Shown: positions 37,511 to 48,797 of the stretch, one piece after another
Layout of the letters: each line of letters begins with the position of its first letter
Position numbering within the stretch: position 1 is the first letter of the stretch
Origin: a bacterium
GTDB lineage: Bacteria > RUG730
Length of the DNA: 64,000 nucleotides
Assembly: GCA_031551405.1 (NCBI GenBank)
Contig: JAVBNQ010000003.1
Location: 124,001 to 188,000, forward strand
Direction of reading: 5' to 3'
Made by a program: the position numbers and the translations under genes
The notes under the pieces: model-generated
Seen by the model: only the letters and a program-made list of their open reading frames with translations
What the model was told of the DNA's origin: nothing
Database searches by the model: none

Positions 37511-39086
37511 AATTTATATCACGACGCCGCTTTATTACATCAATGCTTCGCCTCATATCGGACATTCTTATACGACGATAGCGGCTGACGTTTTAGCGAG
37601 ATATTACAAGCTCAAAAATAAAGATGTGTTTTTGATGACCGGAACAGATGAGCACGGACAAAAAATTGAGGAAGCTGCAATTACAGCTAAAAAAAATCCG
37701 AAAGATTTTGCCGATGAAGTTGTTGAAAAATATAAAACTTTATGGGCAAAGCTAGATATAAATTACGATAAATTTATTCGTACAACAGATGACGAACATC
37801 AAAAAACTGTACAAAAAATCATCGAGATAATGTTCGAAAAAGGCGATATTTACAAAGGCGAATACAGTGGCTGGTATTGTACTCCGTGCGAAACTTATTT
37901 TTTGGAGACTGAGCTGGCTGATAAAAATCAAAAAATTTGCCCGGATTGTTCCAGGGAACTCAAGCTGATTTCCGAGGAAGCATTCTTTTTTAAACTGTCG
38001 AAATATTCAGACGATTTGCTCAAATACTTCGAGTCAAATAAAGATTTTTTATCACCGAATTTCCGAGCAAAGGAAATGTTGAATTTTATAAAAAATGGTC
38101 TCAAAGATCTGTGTATTACGAGAGCTTTTCTCGAGTGGGGGATTCCGTTTCCGTTAGATAAAAAATACAGCGTTTATGTCTGGTTTGACGCTTTGATAAA
38201 TTATATTTCCGGTATTGGATTTTTGGATTTTGCCAACGGAAAAAATGATAATTTCAAGAATATTTGGCCATGCGACGTACATTTTGTAGGTAAAGAAATT
38301 TACAAGTTTCACACGGTGATTTGGCCGGCAATGCTCCTCAGCCTGGGTCTAGAACTGCCAAAAAAAGTTTTTGGACATGGCTGGTGGACGTTTGAAGGTG
38401 AAAAGATGTCGAAATCTCGAGGTAATGTGATAGATCCGAACGATGTAATAGCGAAATTTGGAAAGGATGCTCTCAGATTTTTTGTATTGAGAGAAGTCCC
38501 ATTTGGAACCGATGGAGATTTTTGTATGTCGAGCTTCGTTGAAAAATACAACAACGAACTCGCGAATGAGCTCGGAAACCTTTTTTCGCGAACTCTAAAA
38601 ATGCTCGAGAAATACACCGGCGGAATCGTTCCGGAGGTAAAAATTACACAAAATATCTTGAGAGAAAAAGCAAATGAAACGAAAATTTTTTACGACGAAA
38701 ATATGCAAAACATTGATTTTTTCAAAGCTTTGGCTAAAATTTGGGAGCTGATCAGAGTCGCGAACAAATATATCGAGGACGAAGCTCCTTGGAAATTAGC
38801 GAAAAACGAAGCTGATAAACCAAAATTGGACGAAGTTTTGTTTAATGTTTTAGCGACGATGAGATTGATTACGCTTTTCTTACAGCCTTTTATGCCTGAA
38901 AGTGCGAAAAAAATGCTTCAACAGCTTGGGATTGACGAGACGCCTGAAACTTTGAAAAAAAACGCAATGCTAAATTGGGAAGATCTCGAACAAAACGCTC
39001 GAATTGGCGAAATAACAATTTTGTTTCCGCGAATCGATGATTCAATAATGAGCGATTCCGTACTCGGCGACGTAAAAAACAATTAA
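37500..39086 (+). CDS. metG: Methionine--tRNA ligase (no C-terminal tRNA-binding appendix)
   Basis: YITTPLYY..PHIGH, GTDEHG, YVWFDAL, KMSKS. Confidence 0.97.
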   Translation: MKNKIYITTPLYYINASPHIGHSYTTIAADVLARYYKLKNKDVFLMTGTDEHGQKIEEAAITAKKNPKDFADEVVEKYKTLWAKLDINYDKFIRTTDDEHQKTVQKIIEIMFEKGDIYKGEYSGWYCTPCETYFLETELADKNQKICPDCSRELKLISEEAFFFKLSKYSDDLLKYFESNKDFLSPNFRAKEMLNFIKNGLKDLCITRAFLEWGIPFPLDKKYSVYVWFDALINYISGIGFLDFANGKNDNFKNIWPCDVHFVGKEIYKFHTVIWPAMLLSLGLELPKKVFGHGWWTFEGEKMSKSRGNVIDPNDVIAKFGKDALRFFVLREVPFGTDGDFCMSSFVEKYNNELANELGNLFSRTLKMLEKYTGGIVPEVKITQNILREKANETKIFYDENMQNIDFFKALAKIWELIRVANKYIEDEAPWKLAKNEADKPKLDEVLFNVLATMRLITLFLQPFMPESAKKMLQQLGIDETPETLKKNAMLNWEDLEQNARIGEITILFPRIDDSIMSDSVLGDVKNN

Positions 39087-39088
39087 AA

Positions 39089-39853
39089 ATGATGATTGAA
39101 ACGCACTGTCATCTTTTAACAGAAGCCTTTGATGCGGACAGAGAAGCTGTGATTTCTAGGGCAATTGCCGGAGGAGTCACGAAGTTCATCGAGGTCGGCT
39201 ATGACGAAAAATATTCGGCGCGAATTTTGGATTTTGTGAAAGCTAGAAACAATTTTTTTTGTGCGATTGGAGTTCATCCTCACGACGCGCAGAAATTTTC
39301 GAATTCGACTATCAAGACTTTTTTTGAACTGGCAAAAGATGAGAAAGTTATTGCAATCGGCGAGATCGGACTTGATTATTACAGAGATTTATCGCCTCGG
39401 GAAATTCAGAAGGAAGTCTTCGAAAAACAAATAAAGCTTGCACTCGATCTGCACAAACCAGTGATTATTCACTCGAGAGAAGCTACGACTGGCTTACAAA
39501 AAATTTTGCAAAAATACCAAAATTTACGAGGAATCGTTCATTCGTTTTCAGGAAATCTTGACGACGCAAAATTTTACATAGATCGAGGATTTTTGCTTGG
39601 AATTTCCGGACCGATTACTTATAAAAACAGTTTTGCTTTGAAGGAAGTTGTGCGGGAAATTGATCTGGAAAATTTTGTTCTCGAGACAGATTGTCCGTAT
39701 TTGCCGCCGGTTCCGTTCAGAGGGCAGAGGAATGAGCCGGCGTATTTGAATTTGATTGCAAACGAAATAGCGAAAATAAAAAATACTGAAACAAAAATCG
39801 TTGAAGATGCGACGACAAAAAATATTGAAAAACTTTTTTGGAATAAAAAATGA
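39089..39853 (+). CDS. tatD: TatD family hydrolase
   Basis: THCHL, GVHPH, IGEIGLDY, IIHSREA, LETDCPYL. Confidence 0.95.
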   Translation: MMIETHCHLLTEAFDADREAVISRAIAGGVTKFIEVGYDEKYSARILDFVKARNNFFCAIGVHPHDAQKFSNSTIKTFFELAKDEKVIAIGEIGLDYYRDLSPREIQKEVFEKQIKLALDLHKPVIIHSREATTGLQKILQKYQNLRGIVHSFSGNLDDAKFYIDRGFLLGISGPITYKNSFALKEVVREIDLENFVLETDCPYLPPVPFRGQRNEPAYLNLIANEIAKIKNTETKIVEDATTKNIEKLFWNKK

Positions 39854-41109
39854 AAACGAAAAATTTTTACGAAAACATAAAATATCAAAAGTTTGGCGAC
39901 GGATTGACTTTGATTTTTAAGGAATTGCGAAATTTACCGCTTGTTACTGTCAATATTTGGGTAAAAACCGGAAGCGTGAACGAAACGCGAAAAAATAATG
40001 GGATTTCGCATTTTCTCGAGCATATTTTGTTCAAAGACACGCAAAATTTCCCGAATAATTCGCTCTCGCGAGAGATTGAAAAGCTCGGCGGATACATGAA
40101 CGCTGCGACGAGCTTGGATTTCACGCATTACTACATAACTTTGCACAAAAATCAAGTCGAAAAAGCGTTTTTTGTGTTGCGAGATATGCTCAAAAATTTG
40201 ACGATAGAAAAATCGAATTTCGAAAAAGAAAGAGGCGTAATTCTCGAGGAAATTAATCGCGGGAACGATAATCCTGAAAATGTTTTGTGGGAAAATTTAT
40301 ATAAAAATTTTTTTAAAGATTACAAATATTCTTACCCAATAATCGGCACGAAAAAAAATATTAAAAATTTAGATGTAAAAGATTTGAACGATTATTACAA
40401 AAAATTTTATGATTCGAACAATTTTATAGTTTGCGTGAGCGGAGATTTGGATTTTGAAGATGTTCAAAATCTAACAAAAAAATATTTTGTTAAAGCAAAA
40501 CCAAAAAAGGCATCAATAAAACAAAAAAGTTCAAAATTTTTTAACGTGGAATTGAAAAAAAATTTGAGTTTTGAGAAAAAAATGAAAACTGTGAGTCAGA
40601 CGTACTTTGCCTATGCTTTCAATGCGCCAAATTTTCACGATGAGAATTTTTTGGAAATTAATGTGTTGTCAAGAATGCTTTCTGACGGACTCAGTTCAAG
40701 ATTCTACAAAGTTTTTCGCGAAGAAAAAGAGTTGGTTTGGCATATAAATACTGCGGTTGCAGAGCAAAAACTCGGGACTTTGTTTGTGATTTTTGGTACT
40801 TGCGAATTTGCAAATCTAAAAAAAATCGAACAAACTTTGAAACAGGAATTGCAAAATATTGAGAAAAATTTGTCGAATGAAGATTTAGAAAAAGTGAAAA
40901 TTTGCTATAAACTTGAACGCGAACTTGCCTTTGAAACTACGTCGCAAATTACGGATATTTTAGGTTATTACGAATTTTTTGGCGACTACAAAAAATATTT
41001 TGATTTCGACGACAAACTTGAAAAATTGGATTTACAAAAAATTTTAAAAGCAACAAAAAATATTTTTAAACAAAATTATCTGAGACAGATTGTAACCGGT
41101 AAAATTTGA
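39850..41109 (+). CDS. M16 family zinc peptidase
   Basis: Inverzincin HFLEH motif, NAATS, ERGVILEE, SSRF. Confidence 0.92.
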   Translation: MKTKNFYENIKYQKFGDGLTLIFKELRNLPLVTVNIWVKTGSVNETRKNNGISHFLEHILFKDTQNFPNNSLSREIEKLGGYMNAATSLDFTHYYITLHKNQVEKAFFVLRDMLKNLTIEKSNFEKERGVILEEINRGNDNPENVLWENLYKNFFKDYKYSYPIIGTKKNIKNLDVKDLNDYYKKFYDSNNFIVCVSGDLDFEDVQNLTKKYFVKAKPKKASIKQKSSKFFNVELKKNLSFEKKMKTVSQTYFAYAFNAPNFHDENFLEINVLSRMLSDGLSSRFYKVFREEKELVWHINTAVAEQKLGTLFVIFGTCEFANLKKIEQTLKQELQNIEKNLSNEDLEKVKICYKLERELAFETTSQITDILGYYEFFGDYKKYFDFDDKLEKLDLQKILKATKNIFKQNYLRQIVTGKI

Positions 41110-41214
41110 ACGCGAAAATTTCAAATTTTCTGCACAGATTGCGGCTTTTTCAAAAACAAAAGTTTATTCTTAAAACTTCCTCAGTTTTGATTATTTTAAA
41201 ATTTTTAGTAGGTT

Positions 41215-42024
41215 TTGATGAATTTTTTATTCGACAAACTCATAAAGTATACAAAAATTTTTTTGCTGGATATTGGCAATATAAGCATTTTGTTTTACGA
41301 AACTATACAATCGATTTTCAGCAAAAGATATGACAAAAAAAACATTATAAGCCAATTTTGTGAAGTCGGAGCAAATTCTTTTCCAATTGTTTTCCTGATC
41401 TCATTTGGCGCTGGAATGGTTCTGGCATTGCAGCTGGGTATCGTTATGCAAAATTGGTTTGGAACGCCGGTTTTGCTCGGTATGACGATTTCGTTTGCAT
41501 TCGCGAAAGAATTGTCTCCACTCTTGGTCTCGATAGTTTTAGCAGGTAGAATTGGCGCGGCAATTACAGCAGAAATCGGCACAATGAAGGTCACAGAGCA
41601 GTTAGACGCGCTCAATAGTCTCGGAGTTTTTCCGGTCCAATATTTGGCTGTCCCAAGGTTGCTAAGTTGTTTTTTTATGACGCCTATACTAGTTTTTTTA
41701 GGCTATTTAATCAGTTTGCTCGGCGGCGCGATTATAGCTAATGCAGTGCTCGATGTTCCGACTACGATTTATTTTACAGACGCACTTGACAGCATTTACA
41801 TAAACGATATTTTGCATGGACTGATAAAATCCTTCGTTTTCGCAACAATAATCGCAATAATCAGCATTTACAAAGGTTTTCAGTGTAACCAAGGCGCCGA
41901 AGGCGTCGGGAAAGCGACGACAAGTTCTGTTGTTCTTTCGATTATTTTTATAATTTTGTCCGATTATTTTTTAACGCTTCTCCTAGTAGCTTTCAAGATC
42001 GGCGTAGGTTCGAGAGGCTTTTAA
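41215..42024 (+). CDS. mlaE: MlaE family lipid ABC transporter permease
   Basis: AGRIGAAITAEIGTMKVTEQLDAL and GAEGVGKATTSSVV. Confidence 0.93.
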   Translation: MMNFLFDKLIKYTKIFLLDIGNISILFYETIQSIFSKRYDKKNIISQFCEVGANSFPIVFLISFGAGMVLALQLGIVMQNWFGTPVLLGMTISFAFAKELSPLLVSIVLAGRIGAAITAEIGTMKVTEQLDALNSLGVFPVQYLAVPRLLSCFFMTPILVFLGYLISLLGGAIIANAVLDVPTTIYFTDALDSIYINDILHGLIKSFVFATIIAIISIYKGFQCNQGAEGVGKATTSSVVLSIIFIILSDYFLTLLLVAFKIGVGSRGF

Positions 42025-42756
42025 ATGATCGAAGTAAAAAATATTTACAAAAGTTTTGGCAAAAAACAAGTTCTGAGCGGCGTAAGTTTTAAAATTTTAA
42101 ACGGAAAAACTTTTACGATTATCGGTGGAAGCGGGCAAGGAAAAAGCGTAATTATAAAACATATTTTTGGGTTATTAAAACCTGATTCCGGTGATATTTT
42201 AGTTGACGGGAATAGCATTTTGAATTTAACAAAAAAAGAACTTTTCCAAATTCAAATTCAATTTGGCATAGTTTTTCAAGGAGCTGCTCTTTTCGATTCT
42301 CTCACAGTCAGAGAAAACATTGGATTTGGACTTCATTGGATCAAAAATTTGCCGCAAAAAGAAATAGATAAAATCGTAATTGAGAAACTAAAAATGGTCG
42401 ATTTACCTACTGACATTTGCAACCAGAAACCATCCGAACTCTCCGGTGGAATGCGAAAACGTGTTGGAATTGCTCGAGCCATAGCTTATGATCCAAAATA
42501 TATTTTGTACGACGAACCTACAACCGGCCTTGATCCTGTAACTTCAGACGTGATAAATAATTTAATTTTGCGATTACAAAAAGATCTAAAAATCACGTCA
42601 ATAGTCGTGACTCACGATATGAAAACTGCATACAAAGTCTCTGATTCACTAGTCATGATCGACGATGGGAAAGTAGTGCAAGAGGGAACTCCGGACGAAA
42701 TAAAAAACACGACAAATTCTAAGGTTCGTCATTTTATAGAAGGAATAGCAGAATAA
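42025..42756 (+). CDS. mlaF: MlaF family ABC transporter ATP-binding protein
   Basis: GGSGQGKS, FQGAALFDSLTV, LSGGMRKRV, YDEPTTGLDP. Confidence 0.93.
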   Translation: MIEVKNIYKSFGKKQVLSGVSFKILNGKTFTIIGGSGQGKSVIIKHIFGLLKPDSGDILVDGNSILNLTKKELFQIQIQFGIVFQGAALFDSLTVRENIGFGLHWIKNLPQKEIDKIVIEKLKMVDLPTDICNQKPSELSGGMRKRVGIARAIAYDPKYILYDEPTTGLDPVTSDVINNLILRLQKDLKITSIVVTHDMKTAYKVSDSLVMIDDGKVVQEGTPDEIKNTTNSKVRHFIEGIAE

Positions 42757-44114
42757 TGGCATTACAAAAAGAAATAAAACTCGGTATTTTTGTTTTTTCA
42801 GGTATTCTATTTTTTTTACTACTAATTTTAAGAATTGGCAATTTTTCGTTTGGAAAAAGTTATGTATTTTTTGTCGAATTTTCTGACGTATCAGGACTAC
42901 CGATAAAATCAAGCATAAAAATGTACGGCGTTGATATCGGAAAAATTTCAGATATGAAACTTGAAAACGGCTTAGTTCGAGTCGCTGTCGAAGTGAAAAA
43001 AGATATAAAAATTTTCAAAAATGCAAAAATCACAATTGCGTCGTCTGGCATGATTGGCGCGAAAAATTTAAATATTACTGGCGGAGATAACTCTCAAGGT
43101 TTTATAGAAAAAGGAGACGTAGTTCGAGGATTTGATCCTGTTTCTATTGATAAAATCATTGAGAAAGTTTCAAATATTTTTAATGAGATAGCTCCTGATG
43201 GAAATATGAAAAATATGTCACTCGTCAAAACCTTGAAAAATTTAGAAGAAATAACGCATAAATTAAATGAAGGTTTGGGAAAAAATTCGTCAGATATACG
43301 GCAAATTGTAGTTAGTATCCGCGATGCTGCAAATTCAATAAATGTATTATCAAGCGACCTAAAGGATTTGGTGCACAACAATAAGGAAGGCTTGCAACAG
43401 GACGTCGATAAAATTGGCGAAATTTTAGAAAAAATCTCGACTGCCGGCGATAAAATCAACACTTTCATGGAAACTTTGAACACCGGTAAAGGAACGATTC
43501 CAACTCTTGTTAACGACGAAAAAATGGCGTACGAATTGAAAGAAACGTTCACAAAAGTTAAAGACGTAAGCACTGATCTGAAAAATTTCACGAATAGAAT
43601 AAAAAAGATCGATATTTATTGGGATGCGGAGCTCGAGCATAATTTTGACGACGATTTGACTCGAACAAACGCTGGAATTACTTTTGAGCCGCGTGACGAT
43701 AAACGTTATATTTTCAAATTCAACAATTTGGTTGCTGACTCAATAGGCAAATTCGATAAAGGTGATCAAAAATACAATTCCTTTACAGCCTTAATCGAGA
43801 AAGATTTTAACAAATTCAGGCTACACGCAGGAATGGTAAAATCCTATGGTGGAGTTGGAGGCGAATACCGAGCGTTTGAAAATTTTGGTATTGGAACTGA
43901 AGTTTATAGGTTTACTCGGGAAAATAAATCTGGTGATAAAATTCCGTGGATCGATGCATATGCTTACTACAATTTTGTGAAGTGGGCGCGCCTCAAAGTC
44001 GGAGTTTCTGATATTGCTGAAAAACCAAGTATGACAGCTGGCGTCGATATTTCGATAAGAGATGATGATATTTCGTATTTACTGGGATTTGTTGGGCTAG
44101 CGACAACCAAATAA
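42756..44114 (+). CDS. mlaD: MlaD/MCE protein with long helical region and C-terminal beta-rich domain
   Basis: N-terminal TM, MCE motif (VSGL..GVDIGKI), coiled-coil-like middle, amphipathic beta-strand C-terminus. Confidence 0.88.
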   Translation: MALQKEIKLGIFVFSGILFFLLLILRIGNFSFGKSYVFFVEFSDVSGLPIKSSIKMYGVDIGKISDMKLENGLVRVAVEVKKDIKIFKNAKITIASSGMIGAKNLNITGGDNSQGFIEKGDVVRGFDPVSIDKIIEKVSNIFNEIAPDGNMKNMSLVKTLKNLEEITHKLNEGLGKNSSDIRQIVVSIRDAANSINVLSSDLKDLVHNNKEGLQQDVDKIGEILEKISTAGDKINTFMETLNTGKGTIPTLVNDEKMAYELKETFTKVKDVSTDLKNFTNRIKKIDIYWDAELEHNFDDDLTRTNAGITFEPRDDKRYIFKFNNLVADSIGKFDKGDQKYNSFTALIEKDFNKFRLHAGMVKSYGGVGGEYRAFENFGIGTEVYRFTRENKSGDKIPWIDAYAYYNFVKWARLKVGVSDIAEKPSMTAGVDISIRDDDISYLLGFVGLATTK

Positions 44115-44204
44115 ATTTCATACAAATTTCCTAACCTATTCTTTATTAAAAAATTCCCAATATAAAAAAAATTCAAAACAAAATTTTTAGGAGCCAAAAT
44201 CAAA

Positions 44205-45821
44205 ATGCGTCAGATAGAAAATTTTAGAAATTGTTATCAAGAGCTTGAGAAAGAATTTGAAAAAATAAAAAATGTTCATTTGCGAGAGTTATTTGAGGAT
44301 AAAACACGAGCTGAAAAATTCACGAAAAAATTCAATTCAATAACATTAGATTTTTCGATGAACAGAATCACAACTGAAATTTTTAATAAACTTTTTGAGT
44401 TGGCAAAATACGCTGATTTGAAAACTGAAATAGACAAAATGTTTCAAGGCGAGAAAATCAACAAAACCGAAAACCGCGCTGTTCTTCACGTAGCTTTGAG
44501 AAATCGAAAAAACAATCCAATTTATGTCGACGGAGTTGGCGTTATGCCTGAGGTAAACAGAGTTTTAACGAAAATGGCAAAAATTTCTGACGAAATTCGC
44601 ACCGGAAAATGGCTAGGATTCACCGGGAAACCGATAAAAAATATTGTCAATATCGGAATCGGAGGATCAGATCTTGGCCCGAACATGGCGACGATTGCGC
44701 TAAAACATTATTCCGACAGAAATCTTACTCTTAGATTTGTCTCAAATGTTGATGCTACTCATTTTGTCGAGGAGACTTTTGATTTGAATCCGGAAGAAAC
44801 GCTTTTTATCGTTGCATCAAAAACTTTCACGACTCAGGAAACTATGACGAACGCTTTGACTGCAAAAGCCTGGATTTTAAATACGCTAAAAAACGAAAAC
44901 GCTACAAAAAAACATTTTATCGCTTTGTCGACGAACATTGAGGAAGTAAAAAAATTTGGGATTGATCCGAAAAATATGCTGGAATTTTGGGATTGGGTTG
45001 GCGGACGATATTCTCTGACGAGCGCAATTGGATTGCCTCTGATGATTAGCATCGGAAAAGAAAATTTTTACAAACTTTTGGACGGCTACCACGCTATGGA
45101 CGAGCATTTCAAAAACGCGGCATTCGAAGAAAATTTGCCGGTTATTTTAGCTTTGCTTGGGATTTGGTACAACAACTTTTTTGGCGCTGAAACAATGGCG
45201 ATTTTGCCGTATGATCAATATTTATCGAGATTTATCGCGTATTTTCAGCAAGCTGACATGGAAAGTAACGGCAAAAATGTCGATAAAGACGGCAATAAAT
45301 TTTGTTATCAAACCGGACCGATTTTGTGGGGCGAGCCCGGCACTAACGGACAACACGCGTTTTACCAACTGATTCACCAAGGAACAAAGCTTGTGCCCGT
45401 CGATTTCATCGGTTTCGCGAAATCCTTGAATCCGATCGCGGATCACCACGATAAATTGATGTCAAACCTTTTCGCTCAAGCTGAAAGTTTGGCTTTTGGA
45501 AAAACTACTGACGAGGTTTTAGCGACTGAAACAAAAGACGTTTGGCTCGCAAAACACAAGACTTTTGATGGAAACAGACCATCAAACAAAATTTTAATCG
45601 AAAAATTGACGCCTTTTAGTTTGGGAGAATTGATCGCAATGTACGAGCACAAAATTTTTGTTCAAGGAGTAATTTGGAACATATTCTCGTTTGATCAATG
45701 GGGAGTTCAGCTCGGGAAAGTTTGCGCTAACAAAATTTTGCCGGAACTTTCGAGCGAATCTGATTTATCTCACGATTCCTCGACTAATAATGCGATTCGT
45801 TGGTACAGAAATTTAAGATAA
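44205..45821 (+). CDS. pgi: Glucose-6-phosphate isomerase
   Basis: [38 protein letters not shown]. Confidence 0.97.
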   Translation: MRQIENFRNCYQELEKEFEKIKNVHLRELFEDKTRAEKFTKKFNSITLDFSMNRITTEIFNKLFELAKYADLKTEIDKMFQGEKINKTENRAVLHVALRNRKNNPIYVDGVGVMPEVNRVLTKMAKISDEIRTGKWLGFTGKPIKNIVNIGIGGSDLGPNMATIALKHYSDRNLTLRFVSNVDATHFVEETFDLNPEETLFIVASKTFTTQETMTNALTAKAWILNTLKNENATKKHFIALSTNIEEVKKFGIDPKNMLEFWDWVGGRYSLTSAIGLPLMISIGKENFYKLLDGYHAMDEHFKNAAFEENLPVILALLGIWYNNFFGAETMAILPYDQYLSRFIAYFQQADMESNGKNVDKDGNKFCYQTGPILWGEPGTNGQHAFYQLIHQGTKLVPVDFIGFAKSLNPIADHHDKLMSNLFAQAESLAFGKTTDEVLATETKDVWLAKHKTFDGNRPSNKILIEKLTPFSLGELIAMYEHKIFVQGVIWNIFSFDQWGVQLGKVCANKILPELSSESDLSHDSSTNNAIRWYRNLR

Positions 45822-45836
45822 TTTCCTGAGGACAAA

Positions 45837-46784
45837 ATGGATTTTAAAAAAACAATCGAAACTTTTAAAAATAAACGTATTGCCGTTATTTACGGAGGCT
45901 GGTCAAGCGAGAGAGAAATCTCAATCTTGACCGGGCAAGCGATTATGGAAAGTTTAGCGCGCTCCGGACTGAATGCTTTTGGACTTGATTTGAAACGAGA
46001 TAATTTTTTTGAGCTTGAAAAAGCAAGTTTTGATTTTGCTTATCTTGCTCTACACGGCGAGGGCGGTGAAGACGGAAAAATCCAGGCGTATTTTGAACTA
46101 AAAAATATTCCTTACACAGGCTCTAGCTCTCTTTCTTCGTCGATAGCAATGAACAAATTTTTTACAAAAAATATCCTTGAGATGCATAATATTCCGACAG
46201 CAAAGTGCTTTAAAATCGACTTGACAAAAGAAATTCCGCAAAATTTGTTTGATAAAATTATTGACGGCTTTCCTTTTCCTTTTATCGTGAAACCCGTCAG
46301 CCAAGGATCTGCAATCGGAGTTTTTATCGTGAACTCTGAGTCGGAATTTTTTTCTGCGCTGGAAAATATCAAAAAAATCGATTCTAGCGCTTTGGTCGAA
46401 AAATACATCAAAGGTCGAGAATTTACTGTTGGTGTTGTTGGAGATTTGGTTCTGCCTGTTCTCGAAATTGTAGCAAAAAACGTTTTTTATGATTTTGACG
46501 CAAAGTATGAGCCGGGAAAGTCGCTTCACAAATTGCCGGAAAATTTGGCACCGGAAGTCATCGAAAAAATGGCAAAATATGCAAAAAAAACGTTCGATTG
46601 TTTAGGATGCTCTGGAGCTGCGAGAGTCGATATTATTTGTGATCAAATGTCGAACATTTTTGTCCTTGAGATCAACACGATTCCCGGGATGACAGAACTT
46701 AGTTTGCTGCCTGACGCTGCATCGAAAATGGGAATTTCCTTTGACGAACTTGTTTTAATGATTTTGGAGCTCGCAAAAAAATGA
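45837..46784 (+). CDS. ddl: D-alanine--D-alanine ligase
   Basis: GGWSSEREIS, LHGEGGEDG, YDFDAKY, LEINTIPG. Confidence 0.96.
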   Translation: MDFKKTIETFKNKRIAVIYGGWSSEREISILTGQAIMESLARSGLNAFGLDLKRDNFFELEKASFDFAYLALHGEGGEDGKIQAYFELKNIPYTGSSSLSSSIAMNKFFTKNILEMHNIPTAKCFKIDLTKEIPQNLFDKIIDGFPFPFIVKPVSQGSAIGVFIVNSESEFFSALENIKKIDSSALVEKYIKGREFTVGVVGDLVLPVLEIVAKNVFYDFDAKYEPGKSLHKLPENLAPEVIEKMAKYAKKTFDCLGCSGAARVDIICDQMSNIFVLEINTIPGMTELSLLPDAASKMGISFDELVLMILELAKK

Positions 46785-47569
46785 CGCATTTTGTGAGAAA
46801 ACAAAAAATTAAAACCAGGAAAAACGTGCTTGCATCAAGAAAAAAACTTTTCTTGCGGATTTTTTTGATTTTCGCAGGATTTTCAGTTTTGTTTTTTATT
46901 GTCAAATTTTCGTATGTTTTTGCAAAAAATTCTTTTAAAAATAATCCTTTTTTCGCTATAAAATCAATTGCCATTTCAGAATTAAAATACACTCAAAACC
47001 CAGAATTTCAACAATATTTAAATTTTAAAATCGGAGATAATATTTTTAATTTTGATGACAAGCGAGAAGAAAAGTTTTTGTTGAAAAAAATTAAAAGCCT
47101 TGAGTCTGTCGATATAAAAAAAATTTATCCGTCTCGAGTAAAAATCAAAACAAAAGAAAGAACTCCGGCATTTTATTTTGAGACAAAAGGACAAATTTTC
47201 CTTATCGATAAATTCGGCATAATTTTCAAAAATATCTCGTCGCAAGATTTAATAAAAATTGATACAAATTTGCTTAGCAATAAAAAAATTTTCTACGAAA
47301 CCGTTGAGTTTAGCAAAAAATTAAAAATTTCGTATCCGGATCTTTTTACCAAAATCAGAGAAGTTCGATTTAATGACAAAAAAAACTTAGCGATTTTCCT
47401 GAAAAATGATAAGATCATCGCCTGGGGAAAATTAAAAAACGAAGATTTTGAGACGAAATTACACTTTTTGCGATTAATTGAAGCTGATTTGTCTAATAAA
47501 AAACAAGATTTTAAAGAGATAGATTTTAGTTTTTGTAATAAAAATTTTGACTATGTAATAGTGAGATAA
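46781..47569 (+). CDS. ftsQ: Cell division protein FtsQ/DivIB
   Basis: Single TM, POTRA-like KKIYPSRVKIKTKER; lies between ddl and ftsA. Confidence 0.8.
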   Translation: MTHFVRKQKIKTRKNVLASRKKLFLRIFLIFAGFSVLFFIVKFSYVFAKNSFKNNPFFAIKSIAISELKYTQNPEFQQYLNFKIGDNIFNFDDKREEKFLLKKIKSLESVDIKKIYPSRVKIKTKERTPAFYFETKGQIFLIDKFGIIFKNISSQDLIKIDTNLLSNKKIFYETVEFSKKLKISYPDLFTKIREVRFNDKKNLAIFLKNDKIIAWGKLKNEDFETKLHFLRLIEADLSNKKQDFKEIDFSFCNKNFDYVIVR

Positions 47570-47572
47570 AAA

Positions 47573-48796
47573 ATGACAAAAAACAATTTTTTAACAATTT
47601 TGGACATCGATTCCGAAAAACTTACGGCTGCCGTTGGAATCAACAAAAATGAAAATGTTGAGGTTATCGCATTAGCTGAAACGATATCGGCCGGACTCGA
47701 TAAAGGAAACGTTGTTAGTATTGAAAAAGTCGTGGATTCAATCCAAAAAATTCTAGACGAAATAGAGACGAAATTTGGCAAAAGAATCAAAGAATTATGC
47801 ATCGGAATAAAAGGGGATCACGTCGAAGTCACAAAAGCAAAGGGCATTGTCAATATTTCGAGGTCAAACAAAGAAGTTACCGACGAAGACAAAAAAAATG
47901 TTCTAAACTCTGTGCGAGGACAAATTAGTTTGGGAGAAGACAGAAGTATTCTAGAGATTATTCCGGTCACATACACCGTCGATAGCCAAACCGGAATTTT
48001 GGATCCAAAAGGAATGGAGGCGCATCACCTCGGTATCGAAGCCTTTGTCGTCACAGCGTCGACTGTAGTTTTGAATAATATTTACAAATGCGTCGGAGAA
48101 GCCGGTTTTAAAGTCGCAAACATTTGTTATTCCGAGATAGCTTTGGCTGATTCGTGTCTTTTAAACGAAGAAAAAGAAGTTGGCGTTGTGCTCGTGAATA
48201 TCGGCTCAAAATTAACAAACTTAAGTTTTTATCAAAACAACAAATTTTTGTTTTCAAAAAAAATCGCGATTGGAAATGACTTGATTGTAAACGACGTGTC
48301 TTACGGAATAAAAACTTCAATCCCAAGCGCGAGAGAGCTGATTCAAGATTTCGGAGCAGCTTGCGTTGCAAAAAATGTTGTTGATCAGGAAATTAAGTTC
48401 GTAGCTGTTGATGGCATAACTGAAAAAAAAATCTTCCAAAATGTTTTATGCGAAATTATTAACGCTCGAGCTGAAGAAATTATCAAAATTATTGGCAAAG
48501 TGTTGAAGGAAAATAATATTGACTACAGTATTCCTGCCGGCATAGTTTTGACCGGAATTGGCGCAAAACTTAAACATTTATCAGAATTTGCGAGTGAAGT
48601 TTTAAATATGCCGGTCAGAATCGGGCTAAGCCGTGATATTTCAGGTGATGAAAAAATTACAAAAGATGCAATTTATTCGTCGGCATTGGGAGTTTTGCAA
48701 TATTTTTTTAGAAACAGCACAAAAATCTACAAAATGAAAAATTCCGGAAATTCAACTTTTAGCAATCTCAAAAAAAAGTTAGAGGAAATATTTTGA
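47573..48796 (+). CDS. ftsA: Cell division protein FtsA
   Basis: Actin-like fold motifs (GIVLTG, MPVRIG); lies directly upstream of ftsZ. Confidence 0.92.
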   Translation: MTKNNFLTILDIDSEKLTAAVGINKNENVEVIALAETISAGLDKGNVVSIEKVVDSIQKILDEIETKFGKRIKELCIGIKGDHVEVTKAKGIVNISRSNKEVTDEDKKNVLNSVRGQISLGEDRSILEIIPVTYTVDSQTGILDPKGMEAHHLGIEAFVVTASTVVLNNIYKCVGEAGFKVANICYSEIALADSCLLNEEKEVGVVLVNIGSKLTNLSFYQNNKFLFSKKIAIGNDLIVNDVSYGIKTSIPSARELIQDFGAACVAKNVVDQEIKFVAVDGITEKKIFQNVLCEIINARAEEIIKIIGKVLKENNIDYSIPAGIVLTGIGAKLKHLSEFASEVLNMPVRIGLSRDISGDEKITKDAIYSSALGVLQYFFRNSTKIYKMKNSGNSTFSNLKKKLEEIF

Positions 48797-48797
48797 A

